From a virus: 30,515 bases of DNA. The translations under genes were made by a program, and so were the position numbers. How positions within the stretch are numbered: position 1 is the stretch's first letter; each line of letters begins with the position of its first letter. The notes beneath the pieces were generated by a model. The model was not told the DNA's origin and did no database searches. It saw only the letters and a program-made list of their open reading frames with translations. The DNA is taken from positions 1-30,515 of the IMG/VR virus record IMGVR_UViG_3300028025_000021; one strand, 5' to 3'. Shown one piece after another: positions 14,807-24,372 of this stretch.

Positions 14807-15394
14807 TTATTTCAATTTGTTTAACACTCTGTCAAGTGATGACATTGAGCGATTTTTAGTGTACTTAAATACCTCAGCTTTTTGCTCGTTCTCAGGGTTG
14901 TACTGGATAGGCTTAATATCTTCTACAGCGCTTAACTCAGTAGCATTTTTAAGAGCAGCTAATTCAGCTTTAAGTTCTTCGTTTTCTGCTTTGATTTTTT
15001 CGATTTCAGAGAAAAGAGTTTCTTTGATAATAGACTCAATAGTTTTCTTAGGCTGACGAGTTTCTTCACTCATTTCTTCCTCTACTACTTCTGTCTCAGC
15101 TTCAGGAGCTGGAGCTTCTTCTTCTTCTTCAGTCTCTTCAACTTTCTCTTTGATTTCAGCAATGATTCCCTCCTCTTCTACTACGAGAATAAGTTCACCG
15201 CCTTCCATTTCATACTCACCTACAGGCATAGGTACATTACCTTCTTCTGTTACGATGAATACTTCCATACCAGCTTCAAATACTTCAGCTTCGATAACTG
15301 TAGTACCGTCTGCTAAACGTGCTTGTGCTAACTTAACTTCAGTCTCTAGACCAAGTAAAGTTTTTATTTGTTTGATTGCTTCGTTTGCTTTCAT
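14807..15394 (-). CDS. Scaffolding protein (acidic, coiled-coil)
   Basis: It has a poly-acidic central region (EETEEEEEAPAPEAETEVVEEE) and a coiled coil (KIKAENEELKAELAALK). It lies immediately upstream of the major capsid gene. Confidence 0.55.
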   Translation of the reverse strand: MKANEAIKQIKTLLGLETEVKLAQARLADGTTVIEAEVFEAGMEVFIVTEEGNVPMPVGEYEMEGGELILVVEEEGIIAEIKEKVEETEEEEEAPAPEAETEVVEEEMSEETRQPKKTIESIIKETLFSEIEKIKAENEELKAELAALKNATELSAVEDIKPIQYNPENEQKAEVFKYTKNRSMSSLDRVLNKLK

Positions 15395-15395
15395 A

Positions 15396-15797
15396 TTATT
15401 TACCTATTGTTGAAATTGCATTTTTCATGTTAGACATTGCGTCTTCAATTTGCCCTAAAAACTGGTAAGCATCTTGAATACCTTTAAACGCATCTGTAGA
15501 TTGTATGTTAACACCTAATTCTTTAGCTAATTTCTCTAGGTTTTTATATAACCCGTCAATTTGCTTACCCATTGTCTTACTGTAATTAACATAAGGAGCA
15601 GACTTTTTATAAGCAGCATTTAATTGCTCAGCTAACTTGACAACTTTATTGTTAGAGTCATTAGCGATTTTTAAAATATCATTGATATTTTTTAATTTAG
15701 ATGCCACCTCATCAGTTACAGCCAAATCTACCTTTACTTCGGCAAGTTCTACGTTTTTTTCAAACTTGCTCAACTTGTCTAATACACTTTTATTCAT
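15396..15797 (-). CDS. Hypothetical helical protein (133 aa)
   Basis: ATG-initiated ORF preceded by the AGTTAATAAGTT-ATG leader. Confidence 0.5.
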   Translation of the reverse strand: MNKSVLDKLSKFEKNVELAEVKVDLAVTDEVASKLKNINDILKIANDSNNKVVKLAEQLNAAYKKSAPYVNYSKTMGKQIDGLYKNLEKLAKELGVNIQSTDAFKGIQDAYQFLGQIEDAMSNMKNAISTIGK

Positions 15798-15833
15798 AAC
15801 TTATTAACTATTTGGTTTTTATTTGTTGCATTT

Positions 15834-16022
15834 TTAGCCGTTTGAACGTGTTATATTACGCTCTACTATCTCTTGTGTTAGTACTACGTCTCCTTGATTT
15901 TCTAGTGAACCGATACCTTGAGCTTGTAAGCTACCGTCACAGCAATCTATGTGGTAGGTTTCGTCTTCGCATAGGCAACCTCTTCCTGAGTTTTGTGGTG
16001 ATGTTTTGCTTTCTGTTTTCAT
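15834..16022 (-). CDS. Small Cys-rich hypothetical protein (62 aa)
   Basis: TAATG overlap with the upstream gene. It contains the CLCEDETYHIDCC cysteine cluster. Confidence 0.4.
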   Translation of the reverse strand: MKTESKTSPQNSGRGCLCEDETYHIDCCDGSLQAQGIGSLENQGDVVLTQEIVERNITRSNG

Positions 16023-16708
16023 TAGTAAACTTTATTTAAAACGAATACATCCGAGTAAATGCTATTATCAGCTGAATTGCTACTCCACTGTGCAGTCACA
16101 TTTAACGTATTAGGAATGGTAGTATTAAACGTAGTATTGTTAACCGTGTTAAAACCAAATCCCTCAGACGTATTGTTAGATTGTTTAACGTGTAAGAAAT
16201 TACCAATAGTAACAATAGACGCAGTTCCAACTCCTCCTATTTGACGAATAGTAAAATCTAAAGACAGTGACCAAACAGCATTAGTAGTAGATGGCATTGT
16301 TTGTACTCCGCTATCAGCTAACACAACAGAACCAGCTTTTACTCTAATACGAAGAGTATCTCCGTTTTTTGCTGACATTTGTCCAGCGAAATCTGCTCTG
16401 AATGTATCACCTACGTTAAATCCGTTTGCTGGTACAGATAAAGTTCCTACGCCTCCGTTAATTATTGTAGTCTCTGTAGTAGTTGCAGTAACAGCTACAC
16501 TGTCACCAGTCTGTGCGAATAATCCGTAGTTCGTAGTGGTAGGTATAAAGCCAGTGCTAAGTCTTTGCCATTCGTTGTCTATTCCAACATATAAAACACC
16601 CTCACACATTATTAACGCTCCCTCTTCAGGTACGCTCAACTCTTTTACGTCAGGAGTTACGTCTTGAACCTGAGTAGTAAATTGACTATTTATAAACCGT
16701 CTGCTCAT
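16022..16708 (-). CDS. Beta-rich virion structural protein (function unknown)
   Basis: It is rich in Thr, Asn, Ser and Gly, looks predominantly beta-structured, and has an ATGA overlap with the protease gene. Confidence 0.45.
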   Translation of the reverse strand: MSRRFINSQFTTQVQDVTPDVKELSVPEEGALIMCEGVLYVGIDNEWQRLSTGFIPTTTNYGLFAQTGDSVAVTATTTETTIINGGVGTLSVPANGFNVGDTFRADFAGQMSAKNGDTLRIRVKAGSVVLADSGVQTMPSTTNAVWSLSLDFTIRQIGGVGTASIVTIGNFLHVKQSNNTSEGFGFNTVNNTTFNTTIPNTLNVTAQWSSNSADNSIYSDVFVLNKVY

Positions 16709-17277
16709 TGGATTGATTTAAGAATGTTTACAATCTCATCTATAACAGATTCGTCTTTTGATAGCTCAGTCTTACTTTCAAAATACCCCTCGATGCTAAA
16801 GCCTTTAATCTCACCTTCTTTTACCTTATTCCAAACCTCGTCATTATCTACCTTCATTGAAATCATCCAAGTTCCTACAGGCAAACTGAATCCGTACAGT
16901 TTAGATTTATCTTTGTCCTCGTCTTCAATTATCCAGCTCTCTACTACACTCATTCCGTCAATCTCTTTCATGTGTTCGTAGGTAGCATTATTCTGCTTGT
17001 TACGCTTTAAGAATAGCTCTGAGGCTTTACGAATTGTTTGACTAGAAAAGTAAATATAAAACTCACCGTTTTCTTTGTCTTTACGGTAAATCTGTTTGTT
17101 AGGAACTAATGCAGCACCCATCAAAATACGCTTCTCGTCATCTACAGATTTAAGCTCTACATATTGACGGTTTAAAGCTACCCAATCTTCCTCAATTGCT
17201 GGTGAGTTAACAACAGATACAGCATACACGCCTTGTCTATCGATTTCCTCATTCAAAACCATTTCTACTATCTTCAT
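16705..17277 (-). CDS. XkdF-like prohead protease/maturation protein
   Basis: VSVVNSPAIEEDWV...DEKRILMGAALVPNKQIYR...ATYEHMKEIDGMSVVESWII...GTWMISMKVDNDEVWNKVKEGEIKGFSIEG matches the PBSX XkdF family pattern. Confidence 0.6.
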   Translation of the reverse strand: MKIVEMVLNEEIDRQGVYAVSVVNSPAIEEDWVALNRQYVELKSVDDEKRILMGAALVPNKQIYRKDKENGEFYIYFSSQTIRKASELFLKRNKQNNATYEHMKEIDGMSVVESWIIEDEDKDKSKLYGFSLPVGTWMISMKVDNDEVWNKVKEGEIKGFSIEGYFESKTELSKDESVIDEIVNILKSIQ

Positions 17278-17297
17278 AACCTTTTAACTTTTAATGT

Positions 17298-19559
17298 CTA
17301 TAATGTTGCGTTTTGTACTCTGTTTCTATCTAAGCTCTGAGCAGTTGTTACTTCGTTACTTACTACATACGCTTGTACTGGTTGTTGACCTAGTCCAGCT
17401 AATTGATTAGCCGTGTTTCCACCAACTATATTAAACTCAGGAGTAGTTACAGAACCAGCTCCACCACTTGACGGAACAGAAACACCTCCTCCAGCAGCAG
17501 CACCTCCTCCACCTTCAAATTTAGTTTTAGAGATTTTAGCAATGTTAGCGATACCAGCAGCTACGGCAATAGCAGCAAATACAGCTCCTAATATTGGGTT
17601 ACCAGCAGATGCAAAAGCCGCCTGAGCAGATTTGTATGTATCAATGGTAGCAGATGCAATACCAGCAGCTTTCTGAATGTTAAACGCTCTACGCTGTGAC
17701 TTTTCACTCTTACCAGCAAATGCTCCAGCAAGTTGTCCTATCGCATCTAAACCACCTTTAACAGCATCTAGACGTTGACTAGCTAACGCTTTCTCTCTTG
17801 CAGCTTGTTCGTCTTTGTATTTCTTATCTATTGCAGCTAACTCTTCCTCTTGTCTAACTTTTAAAGCAGTAGTGTCCATTCCGTACTGTTCAGCAACTGT
17901 AATAAGCTGAAAATACTTTTCGTTTACGGCATCTAACTCTAATTGATTTTGAGATGTTGTAGCTTGTCTGTATTGTTCTTGGAATGCCTCTTCTGCGTCT
18001 AATGCTTCTTGTTGAGCTGCAGCTTGTTGTTCTGTTAATCTAGCTTGTTTCTCTGCTTCGGCTGTTAGTTCTTCCTGAGCATATTTCGTGTTTATGTTGT
18101 TTACTTCGTTAAGCTGATTCTCTTTTAAGATGGCAGTATCTTGCTTGTACTTTTGAGCTAACTTAATAAGCTCTTCGTACTTTTTATTTACCTCATAAAC
18201 TTCACGCTCTTGCTCTGTCATATAAGACAAACGCTCTTGCTCAGTAAATTCATTCTGAGCATCTCTCAATTGTGCTAATGCGTCTTTACGTTGCTGTGCT
18301 GCTTCGGAAGCTCTTTGTTTAGCAGCTTCTCTTGCTGCATCCGCTTCCTCTTTTTGCTTTTCTTTTATAGCTTCATTCTCTTCCGTCTTTTGGCGAATAG
18401 TCTCTAGCTTTATTTCATTTCTACGAGTGTTGTTTTCAACCTTTAATCTGTTTAGGTGGTTTTTCGTTTCGTTTATTTCGTCTTTATTTTGACCTTCTAG
18501 CGCATCTCTTAACTCTTTACGTGCGTTAGGTGATATTCTTGGATTACTTAAAGACTTTAACTTTTCTTCTTGTAGCTTTATTTGCTTTTCTGTTTCAACT
18601 ATTAAATCTTCAGTTCCTTTTTTACGGATAGCAGCTATGTCTTTTTCACTTTTACCTACTGCTTGAGCATATTGAATCTCTGCTTCTATACTTGTTTCTA
18701 GTCTTTTAATGTTTCTGTCTATCGCTGCGCTCTGGTCATCAAATCCCTTTGTTAATTTCTTCTGAGCAGCCTCAGCTTCTTCTGTTGAAATAGTAAACGT
18801 GTCCAACAAAGCTGGAACAGCAGCAAGTGCTGTAATGACTAAACCAATTCCTGTAAGAGCAAACGCTTTACCCGCAGCAGTCATGCCTTGAAAAGCGGTC
18901 ATCACAGAAGTTTTAAGCGCTGTGAAAGCTGGTATAGCTTGTCTAACTGCGTCAACACCTTGAGTAAGTGCCATAGCAGACTGAACTTTTAAGATAGCTT
19001 CGTTCACCGCTTCGCTTTCACCACCAAATGCAGACATAGCACCTTGAGCAGCAGCAAACCCACCAGCAGCACCACCTAACGCACCAGTAAGTCTTTGCGA
19101 AGTAGTCATAGCCATACCGTCTAAAGCCATGTCAACAGCTATTACTGACTGCTTTAACGCAGCAGCTTCAGCTTGTATCTTTCTAAACTCAGCAGATGTT
19201 GTATCTCCAGCTATAGCCATGCGATACATTTGGTCTTCTAGTAGTCCGATTTTCTGTCCTACATCCGCATTAGTAGCTGCAAAGAACTCTACCTGAGCAT
19301 CTACCTCAGCAATAACACCTTTTAACCTACCAGCTTCTTTAGCTAGGCTCTTAAACTCTTCAGTGTTTTGTTTACCCTGTACTGCGAGTTGTGTTAGCTT
19401 ATCTTCTATCTCGGATATGGCAGCACCTAAGTCCATATCCATAGTGTCCGCTAGGTTCTCAACGGTCTTGTCTAACTCATTTAAATTCTTGTCTAACTTG
19501 TCAACATCTAGGTTAGCTTTCTGAGTGTTTACGTCTATGTTTATCGTGTGCTTTTCCAT
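17298..19559 (-). CDS. Tape measure protein
   Basis: The protein is 753 aa with long coiled coils and two Gly/Ala-rich hydrophobic blocks (GALGGAAGGFAAAQGAMSAFGG; ILGAVFAAIAVAAGIANIA...GGGGAAAGGG). An internal ~40-aa unit is repeated (VNKKYEELIKLAQKYKQDTAILK at ~18081..18200 and VNEKYFQLITVAEQYGMDTTALK at ~17814..17933). Confidence 0.75.
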   Translation of the reverse strand: MEKHTINIDVNTQKANLDVDKLDKNLNELDKTVENLADTMDMDLGAAISEIEDKLTQLAVQGKQNTEEFKSLAKEAGRLKGVIAEVDAQVEFFAATNADVGQKIGLLEDQMYRMAIAGDTTSAEFRKIQAEAAALKQSVIAVDMALDGMAMTTSQRLTGALGGAAGGFAAAQGAMSAFGGESEAVNEAILKVQSAMALTQGVDAVRQAIPAFTALKTSVMTAFQGMTAAGKAFALTGIGLVITALAAVPALLDTFTISTEEAEAAQKKLTKGFDDQSAAIDRNIKRLETSIEAEIQYAQAVGKSEKDIAAIRKKGTEDLIVETEKQIKLQEEKLKSLSNPRISPNARKELRDALEGQNKDEINETKNHLNRLKVENNTRRNEIKLETIRQKTEENEAIKEKQKEEADAAREAAKQRASEAAQQRKDALAQLRDAQNEFTEQERLSYMTEQEREVYEVNKKYEELIKLAQKYKQDTAILKENQLNEVNNINTKYAQEELTAEAEKQARLTEQQAAAQQEALDAEEAFQEQYRQATTSQNQLELDAVNEKYFQLITVAEQYGMDTTALKVRQEEELAAIDKKYKDEQAAREKALASQRLDAVKGGLDAIGQLAGAFAGKSEKSQRRAFNIQKAAGIASATIDTYKSAQAAFASAGNPILGAVFAAIAVAAGIANIAKISKTKFEGGGGAAAGGGVSVPSSGGAGSVTTPEFNIVGGNTANQLAGLGQQPVQAYVVSNEVTTAQSLDRNRVQNATL

Positions 19560-19717
19560 TGAAACCCTGTCTTTTTATATTTTAATTCTCTCTTCGTTTG
19601 TTTAAATACATCCTTTACCGTTGTAGGTAGTTTGTATCTTCCTTTAGCTATCTCTATGTTGTCCGATTTTCCGTAGAAATCGTCAATCCGTAGCATATTT
19701 AAAATATCTGTTATCAT
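19541..19717 (-). CDS. Hypothetical 58-aa protein (below the ORF-track cutoff)
   Basis: The ATG at 19717 forms an ATGA overlap with the stop of the 781-aa gene. It encodes MITDILNMLRIDDFYGKSDNIEIAKGRYKLPTTVKDVFKQTKRELKYKKTGFQWKSTR and overlaps the tape measure start by 19 nt. Confidence 0.4.
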   Translation of the reverse strand: MITDILNMLRIDDFYGKSDNIEIAKGRYKLPTTVKDVFKQTKRELKYKKTGFQWKSTR

Positions 19718-22059
19718 GACCTAGTTATATCTATGTATTCTGTTTCTATTGTACCGTCTTGCATGGTGTAGTTTATTGTTGCAGTAAAAAGCTCTAAATC
19801 ACCTTCCTCATTTATTAAAATATTTTGTCCATCCTCTGAAACAATATAGTCTAATTCCTCAGAAACTATTTCAACTACTTCATCTCCAAAAGGTGGTAAT
19901 TCAAAAACTATTAACGTATCTTCTGTGAATGTGTCAGGAGTTGCTGAAATAATGTCTGTGCCTGAAATATCAACGTCACCTTGTACGCTTAGATTCTTCA
20001 TGTTTGTACCTACCGTAACTTGAGTATCTCCTTTAGACGGTCTTATTTTTCTTCGTCTTCTGACAGGTCTTAAATCGTAAATAAGCGTAAACGTCACTTC
20101 TCCACTTGTCAATTCCGTTTTCATTTCGTTAATGATATAACGCTTGTCACGGATAATTAACTTGTCGTTTAGCTTTAGTTGTGTAAGAACTGAAATAGGC
20201 AGAATACACTTTACTGTTGTAAGTCTATTCTTTCTATCGTACATATTAGTCAGTATGTTTGAGTAGTATGTTTGGTATAATCCGTTTGAATTTACCGTTT
20301 GATAAAAAGACGAAACCTCTATACCCCAATTCAAAGAATAATTAATACCATTTTCTATTAAGTCTTGACCAAACAAAGCATAGTTTCCTATGTTATAAAT
20401 TATCGAACCGTCATCAAATTTAAAGTCATTAGCTGCTATGTCAACCATTCCATTGTAATACATAAGAACTAGCTTAGGAATATATGGCTCAAAACTTGGC
20501 GAATCTTTCAAAGCATAACCTACCTGAATTTCTGTACCACTAAATTTGTTAAATAACAGATTCTCAAAGGGAACTTGTACACTGTATTCGCTACCGTCAA
20601 AATCAAATGCGCTTTCTAAGTCTCCGTAGCTTCTATTAAAAAACCCAAAAAATTCCTTATTCATAAAACTCTCAGATTTTTGATATGAGAAGTTTATTTT
20701 TTTGTATAGAGGGATTCTTGCTATGTCGATTGAATCAGTTGTCACAAACTGTGTAATATCGTAATTAATACCCCTAGCATACCAGTCATCTAATGGTTCA
20801 AGATAAAACTCAGTTGGTGAAATAGGATAACAAGTTAAATTAAACTCTTTTAATATACCTGAGAAGAAATCTGACACTTTAATGTCAGGCATATTCTGAG
20901 CAATATTTAAGTCTCCAACTAAAACAGCATCTGCACAGGTTGCAAGTTGTAAAGATGTCATTGTAGACTGCTGACCTGTTAATGGGTCTACTACTGTATA
21001 CGAGAAAGTCGAACGTAATTGTATGCCTATAGTAACAGTAGTATCTGCTCTAACTTCAAAGTAAAAGGTCTCATTTACACCTTGAACATTTAGTACGTTA
21101 CCCCAGTAAATTTGTCCTGTAGTTGTTCCTGTATATGTACCTGAAAGAACGCCATTTCTGTAAGCGTCTATGTAATAAGTACAAGGTTGAGACAATGACT
21201 GAATATCCATGTACATGAAATGTTCTCCATCACCTAATTCAGTATCTTGATAAGTATATATAGCATTGTCATTTGCTACAGAATAAATGTCATCAAAACT
21301 AGATGGATTAGATTGTGCGGTTATGTCTATACGTTGAGTTGGAGTTAAGTTGGTAAAAGTGTTTGCGTTTTTACACAACATAAACAACTGCTGAAACCTT
21401 TGAGTTTGTAACCAGCTACCCGAAAAGGTAATTCCATAAGTAGCCTCTAACACGTCAAATACTCGTGCAACCTTTATTGCTGGAAACAACTCATCGTAGA
21501 AAATACGCCCGTCAATTGTATCAATATTGTCTAGTGGTGTAGTAGGTTCATCATATTGCCATACTCGCTTAGATGAAATTAACGGATAACGAACATCATA
21601 AGTCATACCAATATCAGTAACTCTATCTAGCACCTCAGCGCCCGTGTATGGATGCGTGTAAGCAGAGTAATCCAACTGACTTAACTTGTCCTCTGAAAAT
21701 CTATCTTTAAGGCTTCTAACGTCACCGTAGAATGTCAATGTGTAGCTGTCAGTGTATAGGTTTTTTATTTCGCTTTTTTCTAGCTGAATCTTTCCTGTAC
21801 GAAATGAGCTTAGGTCTATTTCAATAAACGCATCTCGTCTTAAATTATAGTTGAGAGTTCCGTCTACTTCGTTTGCATAAAAGTGTTCAAAGATTGCGTT
21901 GTTCTTTGGTGTAGCTGGTACGGTAAATGACTGTGAAAAGTCTGTAAATACCTTTGCAATGTCAGCAATATTCTGAACCGTTGAGTTGACATTTATCTTT
22001 TCGTCATTGAATAACTCTAGCCTTTCGCCCTCTATGTATATTTGAACCTTTCTCTCCAT
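19714..22059 (-). CDS. Large tail-tip / baseplate protein (Dit/Tal-like)
   Basis: The N-terminus LELFNDEKINVNSTVQNIADIAKVFTDFSQSFTVPATPKNNAIFEHFY is a recurrent motif of phage tail-tip proteins. The protein is 781 aa and has a TAATG overlap with the upstream gene. Confidence 0.5.
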   Translation of the reverse strand: MERKVQIYIEGERLELFNDEKINVNSTVQNIADIAKVFTDFSQSFTVPATPKNNAIFEHFYANEVDGTLNYNLRRDAFIEIDLSSFRTGKIQLEKSEIKNLYTDSYTLTFYGDVRSLKDRFSEDKLSQLDYSAYTHPYTGAEVLDRVTDIGMTYDVRYPLISSKRVWQYDEPTTPLDNIDTIDGRIFYDELFPAIKVARVFDVLEATYGITFSGSWLQTQRFQQLFMLCKNANTFTNLTPTQRIDITAQSNPSSFDDIYSVANDNAIYTYQDTELGDGEHFMYMDIQSLSQPCTYYIDAYRNGVLSGTYTGTTTGQIYWGNVLNVQGVNETFYFEVRADTTVTIGIQLRSTFSYTVVDPLTGQQSTMTSLQLATCADAVLVGDLNIAQNMPDIKVSDFFSGILKEFNLTCYPISPTEFYLEPLDDWYARGINYDITQFVTTDSIDIARIPLYKKINFSYQKSESFMNKEFFGFFNRSYGDLESAFDFDGSEYSVQVPFENLLFNKFSGTEIQVGYALKDSPSFEPYIPKLVLMYYNGMVDIAANDFKFDDGSIIYNIGNYALFGQDLIENGINYSLNWGIEVSSFYQTVNSNGLYQTYYSNILTNMYDRKNRLTTVKCILPISVLTQLKLNDKLIIRDKRYIINEMKTELTSGEVTFTLIYDLRPVRRRRKIRPSKGDTQVTVGTNMKNLSVQGDVDISGTDIISATPDTFTEDTLIVFELPPFGDEVVEIVSEELDYIVSEDGQNILINEEGDLELFTATINYTMQDGTIETEYIDITRS

Positions 22060-23129
22060 TAGATGACGTTGTTTATAGTGTTAAATGCGTATTCAAACTC
22101 TAAAGTGTAATTGAATGTTTTCGTGTTTACGTCTTTCAACTTAGCTATGCTCTTAGTTTTGATAACAGCAGGTTCGCCATTTACCATAATTCTTTCACTC
22201 ATTATAATATCTAAAAGTGTTCCGTAATAGACTTCATTAACATTGCCTGAGTTTACTTTAATACTTTCTTGACCGTTTATGTTAAAGTCTCTGCGCTGAC
22301 CTTGAGTCACTGAGTAGTTAACTAGGTTACTCTGTAGTAAATTGTATGGAGTAGTCTTAACTTCGTGTTGTTCAAAACTTGCTTTAAAGAACCACTCTCT
22401 TTGCCATGAACCAAACTTATTAACAAAGTCAATTACTACTGGTTCGTATCTGCATTCAATAATTGGTCTAAAATACCATGTTGCTAATAGGTTGCCTAAC
22501 TCATCTGACAACTCAACCTTATTCCCGTCTGCGTAATATGCTTGGTTTAATCTAGGATATTCTTTAATTCCATAAGAAGTAACTGTATATGTTACGTTAG
22601 CGCCTGAAACTAGGTTCGTGTATTTTACTGTGTAGTTATTGTCACCTTCAAAATTAAAATGTCCAACTCTACTTAATTGGTTATTTGCAAAATCTGCTGA
22701 TACATCGTAGTTGTAGTAGTATGTTCCTTGTGGCAAAAAGTAAGGCACTAATTGTGGGTTGTAACCTTCTTCGTAAAACCCGTATCCATCCAAAGCAATA
22801 TAATCTGTAGTGTCAAGCAAAGACGTACCAGCAGTTGTTCGTTTATATCTTACTACTCTTACTCTTGACCATTGACTTGTAGGTGCATTACCTCCAAACG
22901 TATTGTAAGTAGATTGGTAGACATTGTGATTTATCTTCTCTCTTATAAACGGAGATATGTTGTACACCGTTCTATAGTTTGTAACGCTTGGTGAGTTCTT
23001 ACTTAGTATGTATGTAGGCTGTGCTGGTAATGACATACCTTGCCCTATGTAAACGTCAATTTTAGAACCTATCATGTTCACCTCGTTTACATCTATAATA
23101 AATGGTGACCGTGCGAATATTAGTGTCAT
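22059..23129 (-). CDS. Tail structural protein (356 aa)
   Basis: It is beta-rich, rich in Tyr and Asn, and translationally coupled (TAATG) on both sides within the tail module. Confidence 0.45.
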   Translation of the reverse strand: MTLIFARSPFIIDVNEVNMIGSKIDVYIGQGMSLPAQPTYILSKNSPSVTNYRTVYNISPFIREKINHNVYQSTYNTFGGNAPTSQWSRVRVVRYKRTTAGTSLLDTTDYIALDGYGFYEEGYNPQLVPYFLPQGTYYYNYDVSADFANNQLSRVGHFNFEGDNNYTVKYTNLVSGANVTYTVTSYGIKEYPRLNQAYYADGNKVELSDELGNLLATWYFRPIIECRYEPVVIDFVNKFGSWQREWFFKASFEQHEVKTTPYNLLQSNLVNYSVTQGQRRDFNINGQESIKVNSGNVNEVYYGTLLDIIMSERIMVNGEPAVIKTKSIAKLKDVNTKTFNYTLEFEYAFNTINNVI

Positions 23130-23647
23130 TATTTTCTATTTATTTTTTCTACTGTTGCGCTCATCCAAGCCTCTATATCTATTCCATATGCTGTGACTAC
23201 ATCCTGTGGTAATCTTCTCATTGCTGCTTCAAATGGTTTAGTCAAAAACAAACTTGGTGCTATACCGTTTTTGTATATGCCTCTAGCTATTAAAAACTGC
23301 AAAGACTTTCTAGTTATAAATCTGCCTTTTGCATCTCTAGGTGCTATTCCTTTTCTTACTATCCATTGGTCAAGTGCAGAGGGTGGTGGCATCTTTGATT
23401 TATACGAGTAAGGAGTGTTGTATTTTTTATCTTTACCACTGACTCCCTTGTCTACAAATAGTCCGTAAGTATCCATTTCGATATTTACAGTGTAGTCTCC
23501 TCGCTTATAAGTAACTTCACCCTTTAAACTGTCGTACAAATTCTTAGAAGAGTTCTTTTTTAACCGTGTTAAATTAGCTCTAGCCTGAGAAATAACATAC
23601 TTCTGAAACTTCTCTAACTCTTTCCGTATTTGCTGCCCTGTCATCAT
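23129..23647 (-). CDS. HK97 gp10-like head-tail joining / tail completion protein
   Basis: The track start at 23653 is TTG, and the ATG at 23647 gives a TAATG overlap. The pattern NLYDSLKGEV...VNIEMDTYGLFVDKGV...FLTKPFEAA resembles the gp10 family (tG.L..si...Y..fvE.G...f..pa). Confidence 0.4.
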   Translation of the reverse strand: MMTGQQIRKELEKFQKYVISQARANLTRLKKNSSKNLYDSLKGEVTYKRGDYTVNIEMDTYGLFVDKGVSGKDKKYNTPYSYKSKMPPPSALDQWIVRKGIAPRDAKGRFITRKSLQFLIARGIYKNGIAPSLFLTKPFEAAMRRLPQDVVTAYGIDIEAWMSATVEKINRK

Positions 23648-24099
23648 TAGCAAATGCTCATGTCGTTAGGTACGATTATGTCCATTGTCGCTGTCCATCC
23701 AGCTAGGTAGTTTTCAAATCTTTCTGTAAATGGCTGCATACTTGGAGTTCCTACTATCTCCATTTTTCTAGATAGTTCACCTCTTATTAATACCTCTATT
23801 ATTCGTGTTAAAATAACCATCGTGGTATTCAAGACGTCTATCTCGTTGTCATTGCCGTAAAAGATGTTTGTAGTTTCGTCTTTTGCTATGTCAACTACAT
23901 CCATCGAGATAATACTAACGTTAAACGTAAACGTATTAGATGAAGCCGTAACGCTGTTTACGATAATATGAACCAAAGGGAATAAAGTCTGTTTGTAATT
24001 GTCGATGTCATCTAGTCCTCCCTGAGTAACCGTAGTCACCATAGGTATAGTTTCAATCTCTGCTTTTAATTCCTCTAGTAAGTATGTGTATGCTTTCAT
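23647..24099 (-). CDS. Putative neck/tail-terminator protein (150 aa)
   Basis: ATGA overlap with the -1 frame chaperone ORF. The call rests on position among the connector genes and a DUF3168-like general pattern, which is weak evidence. Confidence 0.3.
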   Translation of the reverse strand: MKAYTYLLEELKAEIETIPMVTTVTQGGLDDIDNYKQTLFPLVHIIVNSVTASSNTFTFNVSIISMDVVDIAKDETTNIFYGNDNEIDVLNTTMVILTRIIEVLIRGELSRKMEIVGTPSMQPFTERFENYLAGWTATMDIIVPNDMSIC

Positions 24100-24372
24100 C
24101 TTTTCATTTGTCTTTTAATCTCGTTATTCTCTAGCGTTACCCTTTCCTTTTCAAATGTCAAATACGTTAAACACTGATGGAGCGGTAAAGCGGTAACTGC
24201 GTCAAATCTTCTAACATCTCCTTGAGCGAGCTGATATACTGATTGATACCACCCCCATCTTTGGGCAAAGACAGATGTTGCGCTATAATCTCCTGAGGAA
24301 TCTCCGTCAGCTCCTCCGCTAAATAGTCCATCGTAGCGAGTAACAAGTCTCTTTTTAAATTCCAAAAAAAAA
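24096..24372 (-). CDS. -1 frame extension of the chaperone-like gene (accessible by frameshift at the T9 run; predicted 252-aa fusion)
   Basis: This frame has no ATG of its own; the track start is a TTG inside the T-run. The frame is open from the slippery site to a TGA that overlaps the next gene's ATG (ATGA), so coupling is preserved in the shifted frame. Confidence 0.5.
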